Origin: Sulfolobaceae archaeon
GTDB taxonomy: Archaea > Thermoproteota > Thermoprotei_A > Sulfolobales > Sulfolobaceae
Length of the DNA: 64,000 nucleotides
Reading direction: 5' to 3'
Assembly: GCA_038893355.1 (NCBI GenBank)
Contig: JAWARQ010000005.1
Location: 113,361-177,360 of the forward strand
Part shown: in pieces, positions 25,206 through 38,598 of the stretch
How the letters are laid out: the number at the start of each line of letters is the position of its first letter
How positions within the stretch are numbered: position 1 is the stretch's first letter
Made by a program: the position numbers and the translations under genes
The notes under the pieces: model-generated
Database searches by the model: none
What the model was told of the DNA's origin: nothing
Seen by the model: the letters and a program-made list of their open reading frames with translations, nothing else

Positions 25206-25260
25206 TATAGTTGTAACACTTTATAGATTTAAAAACATAACCTATTTATGTGATGGTATT

Positions 25261-26244
25261 ATGAAAAATCGAAGATTAGGGAATAAGGATTTATATCTCT
25301 CAGAGCTAGGCGTTGGATTATGGAGTATAATAACAGACTGGTGGGGTGCTGATGTAAATAAGGCTGAAGAAATACTCAGAAAGGCATTCGAGCTGGGAAT
25401 AAATTTCTACGATACTGCAGATTCTTATGCTGAAGGAAAAGGAGAAGAAATATTAGGAAAGGTATTTAAAACTAAAAGGGATAAAATTGTTATATTAACC
25501 AAAATTGGAATTGATTTCTATCATAGAGAAGGGCCAAGAAGCAAATTAAATTTTGAAATAGACTATCTAGAGTTTGCATTTAGACAATCGTTAAGGAGAT
25601 TAGATACTGACTATGTAGATATACTCCTACTACATAATCCTAAAATGACTAATATAATAGACTCCAAAATTTTTGAGTTTATGAGAAGTTTAAAGAAAGA
25701 TGGTTATGCCAGATATATAGGGGTGGCCTTGGGTCCTACGTTAGGATGGGGAGAAGAGGGATTAGAAGCAATAAGGATGGGATATGAAGTTTTAGAGTAT
25801 ATTTACAATTTGATTGAGAGGGAACCAGGTGAAACATTCTTGAAATATAGTAACATAGGGCATATAGTTAGAGTACCACATGCTAATGATATTTTATACC
25901 CCTCTAAATGGGATAAGATTTTTGAGGAAAAATCGCATCATAGAAGTTTAAAGGATAATAATTGGTTAAAGTTAGCACTTGATAGTACTAGGGAATTATA
26001 TGAATTTTGTAAAAGGATGAATATAGATTTAGCACAATTGGCAATACAATTTATTCTCCATAATAAGAATGTAACCTCTGTAGTACCTAATATAACAAGT
26101 ATAAAAGAATTAGAGTATTTCGTAAAGTCAGTCGAGAAGGAAATTATAAATAACGAAATAATAAACTATTTGAATGAATATTATTATAAATATTATAAAG
26201 ATTTAAATGAAATGAGTATAAAAGAGACTTTAAAATATAAATAA
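25261..26244 (+). CDS. Aldo/keto reductase
   Basis: GINFYDTADSY, ILTK, SLRRLDTDYVDILLLH. Confidence 0.92.
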   Translation: MKNRRLGNKDLYLSELGVGLWSIITDWWGADVNKAEEILRKAFELGINFYDTADSYAEGKGEEILGKVFKTKRDKIVILTKIGIDFYHREGPRSKLNFEIDYLEFAFRQSLRRLDTDYVDILLLHNPKMTNIIDSKIFEFMRSLKKDGYARYIGVALGPTLGWGEEGLEAIRMGYEVLEYIYNLIEREPGETFLKYSNIGHIVRVPHANDILYPSKWDKIFEEKSHHRSLKDNNWLKLALDSTRELYEFCKRMNIDLAQLAIQFILHNKNVTSVVPNITSIKELEYFVKSVEKEIINNEIINYLNEYYYKYYKDLNEMSIKETLKYK

Positions 26245-26252
26245 GAAATCAC

Positions 26253-26813
26253 TTAAGTTAAAAATTCAAAAAGCTTTCTAAAGGCTTTAGCTCTATGGGA
26301 AAGTTTATTTTTCTCTTCTATACTCATCTCTCCAAAAGTTTTATTATAGCCGTTAGGAATAAAAATGGGATCAAAACCAAAACCTCTATCACCCCTTATC
26401 TCCCTAGCTATACTTCCTTGCACTTCTCCACTAAATAAAACTAAATCTGAACTATTTACAAAAGCAACATAAGTAATGAAGTAAGCGCTTCGATCATCTA
26501 TATCCTTCATTAATTTCAATATCCCCTCAAGGCCAATTGTATTATATACGTAGTTACTATACGGACCTGGAAACCCGTTTAAAGATTTTATAAATAATCC
26601 AGTATCTTCTACGACTATTGGGACTCTATAGAGCATATAAGAGTTAATTGCGGCATATCTAGCAATTTCACTTAGATCTGCTGATTGAATTTCTAACTTA
26701 GGTACTTTTAACCACTCAACTTCTATAGAATACTCAGATGCTAAATTCTTCACTTCCTCAAACTTGTTACGATTCGTTGTTACGAAGTAGACTTTTCTTT
26801 CTTTCACTAACAT
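26253..26813 (-). CDS. rdgB: XTP/dITP diphosphatase (Ham1/RdgB)
   Basis: TTNRNK, EDTGL, GFPGPY, GFGFDPIF, SHR. Confidence 0.95.
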   Translation of the reverse strand: MLVKERKVYFVTTNRNKFEEVKNLASEYSIEVEWLKVPKLEIQSADLSEIARYAAINSYMLYRVPIVVEDTGLFIKSLNGFPGPYSNYVYNTIGLEGILKLMKDIDDRSAYFITYVAFVNSSDLVLFSGEVQGSIAREIRGDRGFGFDPIFIPNGYNKTFGEMSIEEKNKLSHRAKAFRKLFEFLT

Positions 26814-27438
26814 ATCTTCCCCTTAATCTAATTTCCCTCATCTTTTTTAACACTTCATTAACTCTAGGATTTACAGTTTTATATCCCTTAATAAAATTTT
26901 CGAAAATATAATCTTTAATTTTGTAATGTACACTTTCTAAAGATCTCAAAAATACATGAACATCAGTGGCCATATCCTCTATTTTATCACTTCTTTTGGC
27001 AAGACCGAAGTCTATCAAAAATAATTCTCCATCTTGAGAAAGAATTAAGTTATTAGTAGTGAAATCACCGTGCACAATTCCTATAGAATGCAATTTACCC
27101 GCAATACTTCCTATCCATTCCCCTAATTTCCCTATATCTAACGATGTTGAATCTCTAGTTAAAATCTCTCTTACTACTTCTCCTTCTATATATTCCATTA
27201 CTATCAAGTAATTATCCTTATCCACATAAAGTATCGCAGGAACATTAATCCCGTTCTTTAAAGCACTAAACATTAATTTAGCTTCTAAAACTGTCCGTTG
27301 AGAATTTATTAACTTATCAAGCTCGTTATTTCTATAGTTCTTTACTAATCTCTTTTTAAAAATAGAGTGTATGCCTAGAAAATAACCTTCATAAATTATA
27401 GCCTCGGCCCCGCGAGCTATTACCCGTTTGATCTCCAT
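26767..27438 (-). CDS. bud32: KEOPS kinase Bud32
   Basis: [17 protein letters not shown]. Confidence 0.95.
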   Translation of the reverse strand: MEIKRVIARGAEAIIYEGYFLGIHSIFKKRLVKNYRNNELDKLINSQRTVLEAKLMFSALKNGINVPAILYVDKDNYLIVMEYIEGEVVREILTRDSTSLDIGKLGEWIGSIAGKLHSIGIVHGDFTTNNLILSQDGELFLIDFGLAKRSDKIEDMATDVHVFLRSLESVHYKIKDYIFENFIKGYKTVNPRVNEVLKKMREIRLRGRYVSERKKSLLRNNES

Positions 27439-28421
27439 GGAATCTCAACTTCATCTATTCGCCATCTCGGTCTTACAATTGAATCCTTTATATCTATAAA
27501 GACACCACTTTTTGCTGCGAGTAAACCAGTATATGCTATCATAGCACCGTTATCAGTAGCGAATTCCTTAGGAACAATCTTAACGTCTATACTCCATTCT
27601 CTACTTAAAGTATCTAACTTTTCCCTTAAGCTAATACTAGCAGCAACCCCGCCAACTACCATTAATTCTTTTTTCTTTGTTAGAGCTAAAGCCCTTTCTG
27701 TAGCTTCAAGAAGCATATCAAACGCTATTTCCCTAACGCTGTAGCATAAATCCTCCTTCCTCACTTTCCCTATATGCCTTAATGCAGCAGTAAGAAGACC
27801 TGCATATGACATATCTTGACCTTTAACTATGTATGGTAACTTTATAAGTTGCTTACCTTTTTCTGCACAAATATCTATAACATGAATACCATTTATGATA
27901 TAAGGTGGAGCTATTCCTATCTCCCTAGAGAATGTATCTAGCATATTTCCTAACGGCATATCTAATGTCTCACCAAATACCCTAAACTTGCCGTCTATAA
28001 AGGTAGTTATTATCGTATTGCCTCCAGAGAGATATAATATTAGTGGATCTTTCGCACGAGTGGAGAAATATCCTATCTCAATATGTGCTATTCCATGATT
28101 TATTGGAATTAGTTTCTTCTTATATTTTAAAGCCAACGCCCTGGCTATCGTTGCACCTACTCTTAATGCAGGACCCATTCCAGGTCCAAGGCTGATTGCT
28201 ATATAGTCTATATCCCTCATCGATAGATTTGCTACATCAAGAGCCCTTTTTAGAACATCTGAAGCTACAATAGCATGATGCTGGGCTAATTCTGACGGTT
28301 TCATTCCACCCTGCTTAGGTACAAAAGTATCCCTTTCATTAGCTAAAATATATGGCTCCTTATCTTGTACTATTCCTACCCCAAAAGTATGTGCAGTTGA
28401 TTCTATACCCAAAACTATCAT
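27420..28421 (-). CDS. kae1: tRNA t6A synthase Kae1
   Basis: [28 protein letters not shown]. Confidence 0.97.
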   Translation of the reverse strand: MIVLGIESTAHTFGVGIVQDKEPYILANERDTFVPKQGGMKPSELAQHHAIVASDVLKRALDVANLSMRDIDYIAISLGPGMGPALRVGATIARALALKYKKKLIPINHGIAHIEIGYFSTRAKDPLILYLSGGNTIITTFIDGKFRVFGETLDMPLGNMLDTFSREIGIAPPYIINGIHVIDICAEKGKQLIKLPYIVKGQDMSYAGLLTAALRHIGKVRKEDLCYSVREIAFDMLLEATERALALTKKKELMVVGGVAASISLREKLDTLSREWSIDVKIVPKEFATDNGAMIAYTGLLAAKSGVFIDIKDSIVRPRWRIDEVEIPWRSNG

Positions 28422-28615
28422 GATTTACCCTTTATGAATTCAGTATAATTACACTTACCACAGTGCCATCTTTCAACAGGTTTTAAATGATGAGCCATTA
28501 CGGCACCACATCTTGGACACTTTTTATTCTTTAATCTTATCTTATTGCCCTCTATAATATAGTAAGTTCTTACTATTGCCTTAGGACTTTTGTTCTCCTT
28601 TGCCACCTCCTCCAC
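28418..28615 (-). CDS. rps27ae: 30S ribosomal protein eS31 (S27ae)
   Basis: CPRCG..MAHH..RWHCGKC. Confidence 0.95.
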   Translation of the reverse strand: MEEVAKENKSPKAIVRTYYIIEGNKIRLKNKKCPRCGAVMAHHLKPVERWHCGKCNYTEFIKGKS

Positions 28616-28949
28616 CTCCCTTCTTCTGTTTAGTACCTTGATCTCTATCTATTAAATATTTTGGCTCAAATTTCATAAGTATCTCTTTACTATTATAAAC
28701 ATGTATCCTTGCATTACTTATACCAGTTCCGTATGTCGTAAAAATCTTTCTAATTACAATTAAATCTTCTGGCACTGATAAAGCTTTTGCAACTGCAGCC
28801 CTAATTTCCTTTCTAGAAGGTGTTCCAATTCCTATATGAAAAAGCTTTAGAAAAACTTCTTTCCTACCTATTACATTATTTTCAATTAACTTTTCAACTA
28901 CTCCCTCTACTTTATCACCGATTTTTACTCTAATTTGTTGTGACATCAA
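28581..28949 (-). CDS. rps24e: 30S ribosomal protein eS24
   Basis: [19 protein letters not shown]. Confidence 0.93.
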   Translation of the reverse strand: MMSQQIRVKIGDKVEGVVEKLIENNVIGRKEVFLKLFHIGIGTPSRKEIRAAVAKALSVPEDLIVIRKIFTTYGTGISNARIHVYNSKEILMKFEPKYLIDRDQGTKQKKGGGGGGKGEQKS

Positions 28950-28972
28950 AAGTCTAACTAAAATAAGAACAT

Positions 28973-29770
28973 TTAAGAATTACGCAGATCTTTTATGATC
29001 TCCTCAGCTACTCTCTTACCAGATAGAACCATAGAACCAAATATTGGACCCATTCTAGGTAATCCTTTAACTTCTGTAACTGCCATTCCGGTCACATATA
29101 AACCTGGTACAATCCTTCCAGTATGTTCTACAACTAATTCTTCTGCAATTTCTGTATTAGCGGACTTTTCACCCTGAAGTACTATACTTAGTTCTGGTAT
29201 TTTTCTAGCTGCCACTGAGACTACTTCAGCATCATGACCAGTTGCATCAACAACGGCCTTTGCTGAAATAAACAAAGGATCAACATGTAAACTCGCCATT
29301 TGTGTAGCTGTCCATTCAATAGCTACTCCAACTATCCTTAATGGATTATCTCTATATATTACATCATCTACAGTTACGCCATGAATTATCCTTGCACCTG
29401 CATTAATTGCAGCACACGCTAATTTTGCCATAAATTCTGCAGAATCTACTATGAAAATACCTTTTTCTACTTCCTTTAATCTTATCCCAATTTCTCTTAG
29501 AATTTCGTCAGCAGGGCTTTCAATTACCAGTTTATGAAATAAAGAGGCACCCCCTCCTATACCACCACCAAAGCTTAATCTCCTCTCAAATACTACAGTC
29601 TTAAGTCCCTCTTTAGCTAGGTAATAAGCTGCAGTCATTCCACTAGGTCCTGCACCTACTATAACTACATCTGATTCAACTAAATCGTACCAATCCTCAA
29701 ATGTTTCCTTTAGTATATAACGCGTTATTTTAGTTTCACTAACCCTTTTTATTTGAAGAGCTTCTACCAT
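28973..29770 (-). CDS. thi4: Thiazole synthase Thi4 (His-type)
   Basis: [29 protein letters not shown]. Confidence 0.95.
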   Translation of the reverse strand: MVEALQIKRVSETKITRYILKETFEDWYDLVESDVVIVGAGPSGMTAAYYLAKEGLKTVVFERRLSFGGGIGGGASLFHKLVIESPADEILREIGIRLKEVEKGIFIVDSAEFMAKLACAAINAGARIIHGVTVDDVIYRDNPLRIVGVAIEWTATQMASLHVDPLFISAKAVVDATGHDAEVVSVAARKIPELSIVLQGEKSANTEIAEELVVEHTGRIVPGLYVTGMAVTEVKGLPRMGPIFGSMVLSGKRVAEEIIKDLRNS

Positions 29771-29861
29771 TACTATTACCTTTCATTACTAACTTATAAA
29801 TATACTTATCTATTTCAATGGGTGAAAAAGTATATTACGTGCGAGTGAGGATATTATATTA

Positions 29862-30068
29862 ATGCCATTTCAATTAGAAACTCAAGCAGTATCACTAAGG
29901 TGTGATGTTTGCGGTAGGCTAATAAAAGAAAAGCCGTTAGTCGTAAAAACTTGCTGCAATAATAAACCATGGACTTTTTGTAGTGATAAATGTTATAGGC
30001 AGTGGTTATCAGAATGGCTAAGGAAGCAAGAACAGAAGGCCGGAATGAGAAGGAAACAGTTATTATAG
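29862..30068 (+). CDS. Small TRASH-like zinc-finger protein
   Basis: CDVCG...FCSDKC with an additional CC pair. Confidence 0.75.
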   Translation: MPFQLETQAVSLRCDVCGRLIKEKPLVVKTCCNNKPWTFCSDKCYRQWLSEWLRKQEQKAGMRRKQLL

Positions 30069-30646
30069 GGATAACCGGTGCTAGTGGGGTAATCTATGGA
30101 TTAAGGGCAGTAAAAGTACTGAAGGAATATGGATATAATGTAATTTCAATATATACTAAAGAAGCAGAAAAAGTTGCAAAAGTAGAGTGTAATATTGATA
30201 TAGAGAATTTTTTAAAGGAGTTTTCTAAAGGGGTCTATACTGAAGAAGAAATAGAAGCACCACCCTCAAGTAGTAGTTATATAGTAACTACAAAGGGTAT
30301 GATAATAATACCTTGTAGTATAAGAACATTAGCGGAAATTGCAAATGGATTATCTTATAATTTGGTTTCTAGGACTGCTATAAACTTCTTGAGGGTTAGG
30401 AAAAGACTAGTACTCGTAATTAGAGAAACACCGCTAGGTTATATCGAACTTAATAATGCGCTTAAGGTTGCAAAAGCTGGTGGGATAATACTTCCTGCCT
30501 CACCGGCATTTTATATAAAGCCAAAAAATCTTAATGACATTATTGATTTTGTTGTCGGAAAAGCATTAGATATGCTTGAAATAGAGCATGAACTATATAA
30601 AAGATGGACTAGAGTAGATCGTACTCCTTGCGACCTAACTTTTTAG
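30002..30646 (+). CDS. ubiX: Flavin prenyltransferase UbiX
   Basis: GITGASG, PCS, RETP, PASPAFY; start uncertain. Confidence 0.93.
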   Translation: MVIRMAKEARTEGRNEKETVIIGITGASGVIYGLRAVKVLKEYGYNVISIYTKEAEKVAKVECNIDIENFLKEFSKGVYTEEEIEAPPSSSSYIVTTKGMIIIPCSIRTLAEIANGLSYNLVSRTAINFLRVRKRLVLVIRETPLGYIELNNALKVAKAGGIILPASPAFYIKPKNLNDIIDFVVGKALDMLEIEHELYKRWTRVDRTPCDLTF

Positions 30647-31082
30647 ATATCATTTCTTTTAATTTTGCTTCTTCTTCCTCAACCTTCTTTAATTCTTTTT
30701 CAATTTCTTCTTCCTCAACCTTCTTTGATACTGCAAATGCACATCTATTCCCTGGTAATAATGCCCTCTTCTCACAATATGCATATTGACAATCTCCAGT
30801 AATGCACGTATCTCCAACCCATCTACATAATCCTAATTTTTGTGGTGTACCTTTAATATATCTTACTTGAATACTTAATGCCTTTTTATTACATCTAAAA
30901 TATGGGCATAAATAGTTACACTTCTCCCCTAATGGTAAGGGTTTTGGTTCATCCTCTTTAAAACTTATTTCTTTTCTAGCTGCATACTTCCCATCATGGC
31001 TTCTGAAATTTCTTGATGATATATCTTTCAAAACTTTGACCCTCCTAGATTCCAGCTCAAATATATTTACATTTTCACCCAT
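30609..31082 (-). CDS. Cys-rich hypothetical protein with acidic coiled-coil tail
   Basis: Eight Cys (CNYLCPYFRC...CRWVGDTCITGDCQYAYC...C); true start may be downstream. Confidence 0.7.
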   Translation of the reverse strand: MGENVNIFELESRRVKVLKDISSRNFRSHDGKYAARKEISFKEDEPKPLPLGEKCNYLCPYFRCNKKALSIQVRYIKGTPQKLGLCRWVGDTCITGDCQYAYCEKRALLPGNRCAFAVSKKVEEEEIEKELKKVEEEEAKLKEMISKKLGRKEYDLL

Positions 31083-31618
31083 TTAAAGATTGTGTATCTA
31101 ATTAATCTTGTCTTAGGGTTAACAAATGCAATTACTAAACTCTTTCGAGTGCTATGCGAAACTCTTCCAAATCCTGTTATTAAATTAGGTTTTATTGGTT
31201 CTTCAGAGTTTACTACAATTACTAGATATGGGGCATGCTCTATACCCGGTCCTATTGTATAGACAGAAAAATCTGCTCCATATTTTAATCCAGATCTTAC
31301 TACGAATCCCTTGTTTCTTAGATCTTCGTAAACTATATATAAAAGCTCAAAATTTTCGATATGAGCCTTAGCATATTTAAAAAATTCATCTTCTAAAATT
31401 AACTTTTCTTCTAGATTATAAACTTCTAAAATTTTTTTCCTTATTAAATATAATCCTTCTATTAAAGACAGTTCTAAGGGAGTTTTTATATCTTCGACAC
31501 TTTTTGGTTTATTAATACCTATAGGCTTTCCAAAAAAACCTTTAGAGTATATATCTTTTGAAGCCTCAATATCTGGTATAATAACCCTGTTTCCAACTAA
31601 ATATCCCTTATGAGCCAA
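31067..31618 (-). CDS. endA: tRNA-splicing endonuclease, catalytic subunit
   Basis: LSLIE, VYEDLR, SGLKYGADF, GPGIEHA, RVSHSTRK. Confidence 0.95.
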   Translation of the reverse strand: MAHKGYLVGNRVIIPDIEASKDIYSKGFFGKPIGINKPKSVEDIKTPLELSLIEGLYLIRKKILEVYNLEEKLILEDEFFKYAKAHIENFELLYIVYEDLRNKGFVVRSGLKYGADFSVYTIGPGIEHAPYLVIVVNSEEPIKPNLITGFGRVSHSTRKSLVIAFVNPKTRLIRYTIFKWVKM

Positions 31619-31621
31619 AGC

Positions 31622-32257
31622 TTAAACCCTCTGGAATATTAGATAATGTAAAATGTCTGCACAACCGCGTAATAAATCTGCCACATCTTCAAGTCTATCT
31701 CCTATATCCTTAACTAACATAACATAAATTAAATTACTATTATTTTCAAATAATTTTAATTCAAAACTTCTGTATAATTCATCAACATCCTCTTCTAACT
31801 TTATTATACCTCTTACTGAATCTTGTGAAAGTTTAGGATTAGAGAGTAATACTCTTATTGAGAATTGTAGTTTATCCAAACTCTCCAATATTTTTTCTAT
31901 AATACTCTTTATTAAACTCAGAATAACTTCCTCAATTACTATAGACTTTTGGCGTAGTATACTTAGCCTATATGCAGTAGCATCTATATTCTGAGAAATT
32001 TTCTCCAAATATTTTAAAATTTCTATGTAAACCTCTTTAGCCAACAATCCTTGACTTATTTTTGCTATATACTCACTTAATCTAGTCTTTATTAATTCAA
32101 CATTACTCTTTATTCCATTAATTTTAATATAAAATTGAAAACCATCTTGCTGTGAATTATGAATATACTCTTTTAGAATTCTTACCTGCTCGATTATATT
32201 GGAAACTATTTGCTGAAGTTGTTCTTGAATAACCATTTCTGCAATATCTTGACTCAT
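31622..32257 (-). CDS. PhoU-like / DUF47 protein
   Basis: LEEDVDELYR, DRLEDVAD. Confidence 0.8.
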   Translation of the reverse strand: MSQDIAEMVIQEQLQQIVSNIIEQVRILKEYIHNSQQDGFQFYIKINGIKSNVELIKTRLSEYIAKISQGLLAKEVYIEILKYLEKISQNIDATAYRLSILRQKSIVIEEVILSLIKSIIEKILESLDKLQFSIRVLLSNPKLSQDSVRGIIKLEEDVDELYRSFELKLFENNSNLIYVMLVKDIGDRLEDVADLLRGCADILHYLIFQRV

Positions 32258-32280
32258 TAAGAAAAATGATGAGAAACAGT

Positions 32281-32685
32281 TTAAAAGCTAAATTGGGATA
32301 GCTTTTCAATAAATTCTCTCGCCTCTTTAATATCACTAGATAAATCTAAGATGTAGCCATTTTCCCTAGCATTATCCCTTAACTTCTCTAATAGCTCTAT
32401 CTCATCTGGAATTCCAATTTCCCTTAAGTAGCTACAAATACCATATGCCTCTTCTTTTAACTCGCTTCGGGCTAATTTCTGATAATTTTTTAATATAATA
32501 TCAATACCCTTCTTAATCTCTTTTCTTAACCTCTTTAATCTCTTAGTAAGTAAATTTGCTTTATCTATATCAATTTGTGGGAAAGAGAGAAGATTTTCTA
32601 ACCTCTGTAAAACCTCAGAATGCTCCTCTATTATTTGCTCAAAACTTATTAAGACTCTTGATACTTCAATTTCTTCTTCATTCAT
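32281..32685 (-). CDS. Hypothetical helical protein
   Basis: Clean ORF in the operon, ATGA-coupled to the upstream gene. Confidence 0.7.
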   Translation of the reverse strand: MNEEEIEVSRVLISFEQIIEEHSEVLQRLENLLSFPQIDIDKANLLTKRLKRLRKEIKKGIDIILKNYQKLARSELKEEAYGICSYLREIGIPDEIELLEKLRDNARENGYILDLSSDIKEAREFIEKLSQFSF

Positions 32686-33052
32686 TTAATCGCCCTTATA
32701 GTTACAGTACTATTATCTTCTATACCCAATACGGATAAGTCTGAAGAATTAGCCCATACTTCTAAATAGGGGATAGCGTCCTGTATAATAACCTTTACCC
32801 TTATTCTCTTTCCTTTTACAGATATCTCAGCCTCTTCCTTAGCGCCTATTTCCTCAGCAAGTTTTTTAGAAATTATAATATTCCCTTTTTCTACCTCATT
32901 CTTTTTCCTTATCTTAATCCTCTTTTCCTTTACTTGCTTAACTTCTTTACTCTTAAGTGCTGCAGCAGGAGGAATTATACTCACCAATGATTTAATATCC
33001 CTCTTTTTTTGTTGGTTTTCAGTTTCCTCCTGAGCATTATCTTCCTCTACAC

Positions 33053-33056
<4 letters not shown>
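32682..33056 (-). CDS. Small double-psi-beta-barrel-like protein; probable ATA start
   Basis: Two related halves ([12 protein letters not shown] / [22 protein letters not shown]); frame is open up to ATA at 33056, overlapping the glyS stop, behind GGTGAGG. Confidence 0.65.
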
Positions 33057-34786
<1,730 letters not shown>

Positions 34787-34832
34787 ACGCTTTCCGTTAA
34801 TTTTAAGAATATAAAAGCTCTTTCAACTCTTC

Positions 34833-35738
34833 ATGAACGACTATAGATTATTATACCTTAATGAAAACTCAATAAAATTTGCTGGGTTTAACAGAAGTGA
34901 TTCACCATTCATTATTATTGGAATACCAATGGATATAACAAGTAGCTATAGGCCAGGGAGCAGATTTGCTCCATATCAAATAAGAAATAATTCACAATAT
35001 ATAGAATTTTACTCTATGCGAACCGGAATAGATATTGGAGAAATTGGATTTAATGATGTTGGCGATATAATACTACACCCTTCTGACGTAGAGGAAAATT
35101 TAAAGAGAATTTCTGAAGTTATATCTTATTTCTTAGAACAAAATAAGAAGATAATTAGCATAGGAGGAGAACATACAATAACTTTAGGAATAATTAGGGC
35201 ATTTAAAGAAACACCATGTATAATTTCCTTTGACGCACATCTTGATCTCAGGGACGAATATTTAGGATATAAATATGATCATGCTTGTGTAATGAGGAGA
35301 ATTTATGAGGAGAAGAAATCAAAAATCATAGAAATAGGGACAAGGGCAGTAAGCAGAGATGAGATTGAATTCGCAAATAAAAATGGAATATTATATTTTA
35401 CACCATTCCAAATACGAGTATTAGGCATTCGTGAAATTGCTAGAAGAATCTTATTATCCTTACAAGATTGTAAAAGTATTTATATAAGCTACGATATGGA
35501 CGTCTTTGACCCTTCATTTGCACCCGGTGTTGCAACTCCAGAACCAGAAGGATTAGATCCCACAACAGTCTTAGATCTAGTTAATATATTGCTAGAGAAT
35601 ACAAAATCGAAAATTACTGGATTTGATATCGTGGAATTAGCTCCGCCTTTTGATCCTAGTTATATTACTATAATATTAGCTTCAAAATTAATTTTAGAAA
35701 CATCTGCGATAATTGCAAAATATACAAAAATTATTTAA
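34833..35738 (+). CDS. speB: Agmatinase / ureohydrolase
   Basis: GGEHT, DAHLD, DMDVFDP..APG..TPEP. Confidence 0.92.
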   Translation: MNDYRLLYLNENSIKFAGFNRSDSPFIIIGIPMDITSSYRPGSRFAPYQIRNNSQYIEFYSMRTGIDIGEIGFNDVGDIILHPSDVEENLKRISEVISYFLEQNKKIISIGGEHTITLGIIRAFKETPCIISFDAHLDLRDEYLGYKYDHACVMRRIYEEKKSKIIEIGTRAVSRDEIEFANKNGILYFTPFQIRVLGIREIARRILLSLQDCKSIYISYDMDVFDPSFAPGVATPEPEGLDPTTVLDLVNILLENTKSKITGFDIVELAPPFDPSYITIILASKLILETSAIIAKYTKII

Positions 35739-35881
35739 ATAGCTTTAACTACCTTTATCGTTGGCTTTCTAATCATATAAATTACCTTATATCCACAAAA
35801 TGGACATCTTATCCCTGGCAAGACCCTTAACTGTTCATCAGTAAATACTTTCCAACATCTCCCGCATCTATAAGTTGCCAT
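35735..35881 (-). CDS. rpo12: RNA polymerase subunit Rpo12 (P), 48 aa
   Basis: [48 protein letters not shown]; hand translated. Confidence 0.95.
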   Translation of the reverse strand: MATYRCGRCWKVFTDEQLRVLPGIRCPFCGYKVIYMIRKPTIKVVKAI

Positions 35882-35947
35882 AGTTCTAACTCTAACATTC
35901 TACTTTAAATATTTATCATTTCGAAAACTATTTCGTTATTTGCCCAC

Positions 35948-36014
35948 TAATAATGGCAGAAAATTTGAAAAGGAGTAACTATGAAATAATACATTAATAA
36001 TGGCAGAAAATTTG
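35948..36014 (+). repeat. 20-nt direct repeat duplicating the aIF1 start region
   Basis: TAATAATGGCAGAAAATTTG at 35948-35967 and 35995-36014. Confidence 0.9.
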
Positions 36015-36302
36015 TGTGGAGGTCTACCACCAGAAATTTGTGAACAATTAAACAAAGAAGAACAATTAATAAAGGTAAAATTGGAAAAAAGAAGATATGG
36101 AAAAGAAGTCACTATTATTGAAGGACTAAGTAATGATGATAAAGAGTTAAAGAAAATAGCCTCTGAGCTTAAATCTAAATTGGCCGCAGGAGGAACTGTA
36201 AAGAACGGAAGAATAGAAATTCAAGGTGATCATAGAGAAAAAGTTAAGGAATTATTAATCAAAATGGGTTATTCAGAATCTAATATTATGGTCATAGAGT
36301 AG
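36000..36302 (+). CDS. sui1: Translation initiation factor aIF1 (SUI1)
   Basis: [32 protein letters not shown]. Confidence 0.96.
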   Translation: MAENLCGGLPPEICEQLNKEEQLIKVKLEKRRYGKEVTIIEGLSNDDKELKKIASELKSKLAAGGTVKNGRIEIQGDHREKVKELLIKMGYSESNIMVIE

Positions 36303-36347
36303 AAGATTAAGATAAGACTTTTAACACCAATTAATAATTATTTTATT

Positions 36348-36420
36348 AGCCGGGTCGTCTAGCGGTCAAGGATACGGGGCTTTGGCCCCCGTGACCAGGG
36401 TTCGAATCCCTGCCCGGCTA
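36348..36420 (+). tRNA. tRNA-Gln(UUG)
   Basis: AGCCGGG/CCCGGCT acceptor stem, CGGGG-CTTTGGC-CCCCG anticodon arm, GGTTCGAATCC; CCA not encoded. Confidence 0.96.
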
Positions 36421-36516
36421 CTTTTACTAGTACTAAATCATTTTTCATGCAAACAGAGATCTTTTTATACTATTTTATTTTGAAATTCTGTTAAAAACGA
36501 TGAACCCTTATACTAG

Positions 36517-36659
36517 TATAGGTTATGCCCAAAACAGTGAGGGCGAAAAGTGCAGAAATATGAGTCAATTTAACTAAAGGTATCTTTCGATCTACAATGA
36601 CTGAGGCTTAAGTACCTTTTACTGTTACGAATTTAGGTCTGTTAGGGGCATAACATATA
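36517..36659. repeat. Imperfect 21-bp inverted repeat enclosing ~100 nt (MITE-like element or structured RNA)
   Basis: TATAGGTTATGCCCAAAACAG ... CTGTTAGGGGCATAACATATA, 18/21 complementary. Confidence 0.7.
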
Positions 36660-36980
36660 GTGCTACACTGGATCGTAGATAATTAAAATAAAAAAGTGTA
36701 TGGGCAAACCGTTACGTTCCTAGAATCATACATACTTACTGCTTTAACATCTCTCTATTAAGTAAACATAATATCTTCCATTATCTTCTCTTCAATAAGA
36801 CAAGTTAGATTATCTTGAAATATAATAATTACTTTTATCTAATTTTGAGGTGGTAGTTCAAACCTATATTTAGATAATAACGAAAACATTTTATCGTGAT
36901 CTCAAACTAATTATGTATAGAAATCTTATAGATAAGCTTATAAGAATAAAAAGGAAAAGTTTTTAAGTGCTTATTAAGAT

Positions 36981-37943
<963 letters not shown>

Positions 37944-38001
37944 GGTTAAATCCCCGAATTTAAGGAAGGGTTATCTCTATAAACCTAATTATTGATTTAC
38001 A

Positions 38002-38577
38002 ATGTATAGAGTTCGATTTAAAAGAGGAGATTCTGAGGTAATATATTCTATAGAAAATGAAAAAGTAAAAGTTGAAAATAGTTTAATAAATCTATTAAAA
38101 AGTATAGGAATAAATATAGATTATTTTCTGAATTTAATTTTAAGATTAATAAAAAATAAAGAAACAGTACATTCTGAATACATATATTTAGATTGTGAGC
38201 CGAATGTAAAGCTAATATTATTTGATCTTGATATAGAAAATAATTGTAATAATGAAATCATTGTAATATTATTATGTGAAAATTATAAACTAGGTAGAAT
38301 AATAACAATAAATTATATTAATATAGATGATATTCTAATAAGTATTATAAAAAATATTATAAAAGAAAATCAGAAATTAATAAAATTAAAAATCTTTCAA
38401 AAATATTATATATTTTTAATATTTAATATTATAAAAAATATTATAAAAGAAGTTCATGAGGAGGTTAGGATCAATAATGATAGGATTATCTGGAGCATGA
38501 GGAGTAAGGATTTTATAGTTAATTGGCCTCTTGATGAAAATCAAGTTGAGATCGTTAAACAAAAAAAGATTTTATGA
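38002..38577 (+). CDS. Hypothetical, extremely AT-rich protein
   Basis: 191-codon ORF rich in I/K/N with an internal 25-nt repeat. Confidence 0.55.
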   Translation: MYRVRFKRGDSEVIYSIENEKVKVENSLINLLKSIGINIDYFLNLILRLIKNKETVHSEYIYLDCEPNVKLILFDLDIENNCNNEIIVILLCENYKLGRIITINYINIDDILISIIKNIIKENQKLIKLKIFQKYYIFLIFNIIKNIIKEVHEEVRINNDRIIWSMRSKDFIVNWPLDENQVEIVKQKKIL

Positions 38578-38598
38578 GGGAGATTAATTTATAAAACA

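Noticed and set aside
32266-32340. ATGATGA C-box-like motif
   Set aside because: No D box at a suitable distance; the downstream sequence is antisense to a CDS
36684-36889. Minus-strand frame with internal stops (possible pseudogene)
   Set aside because: No recognisable homology; stop density is compatible with non-coding DNA
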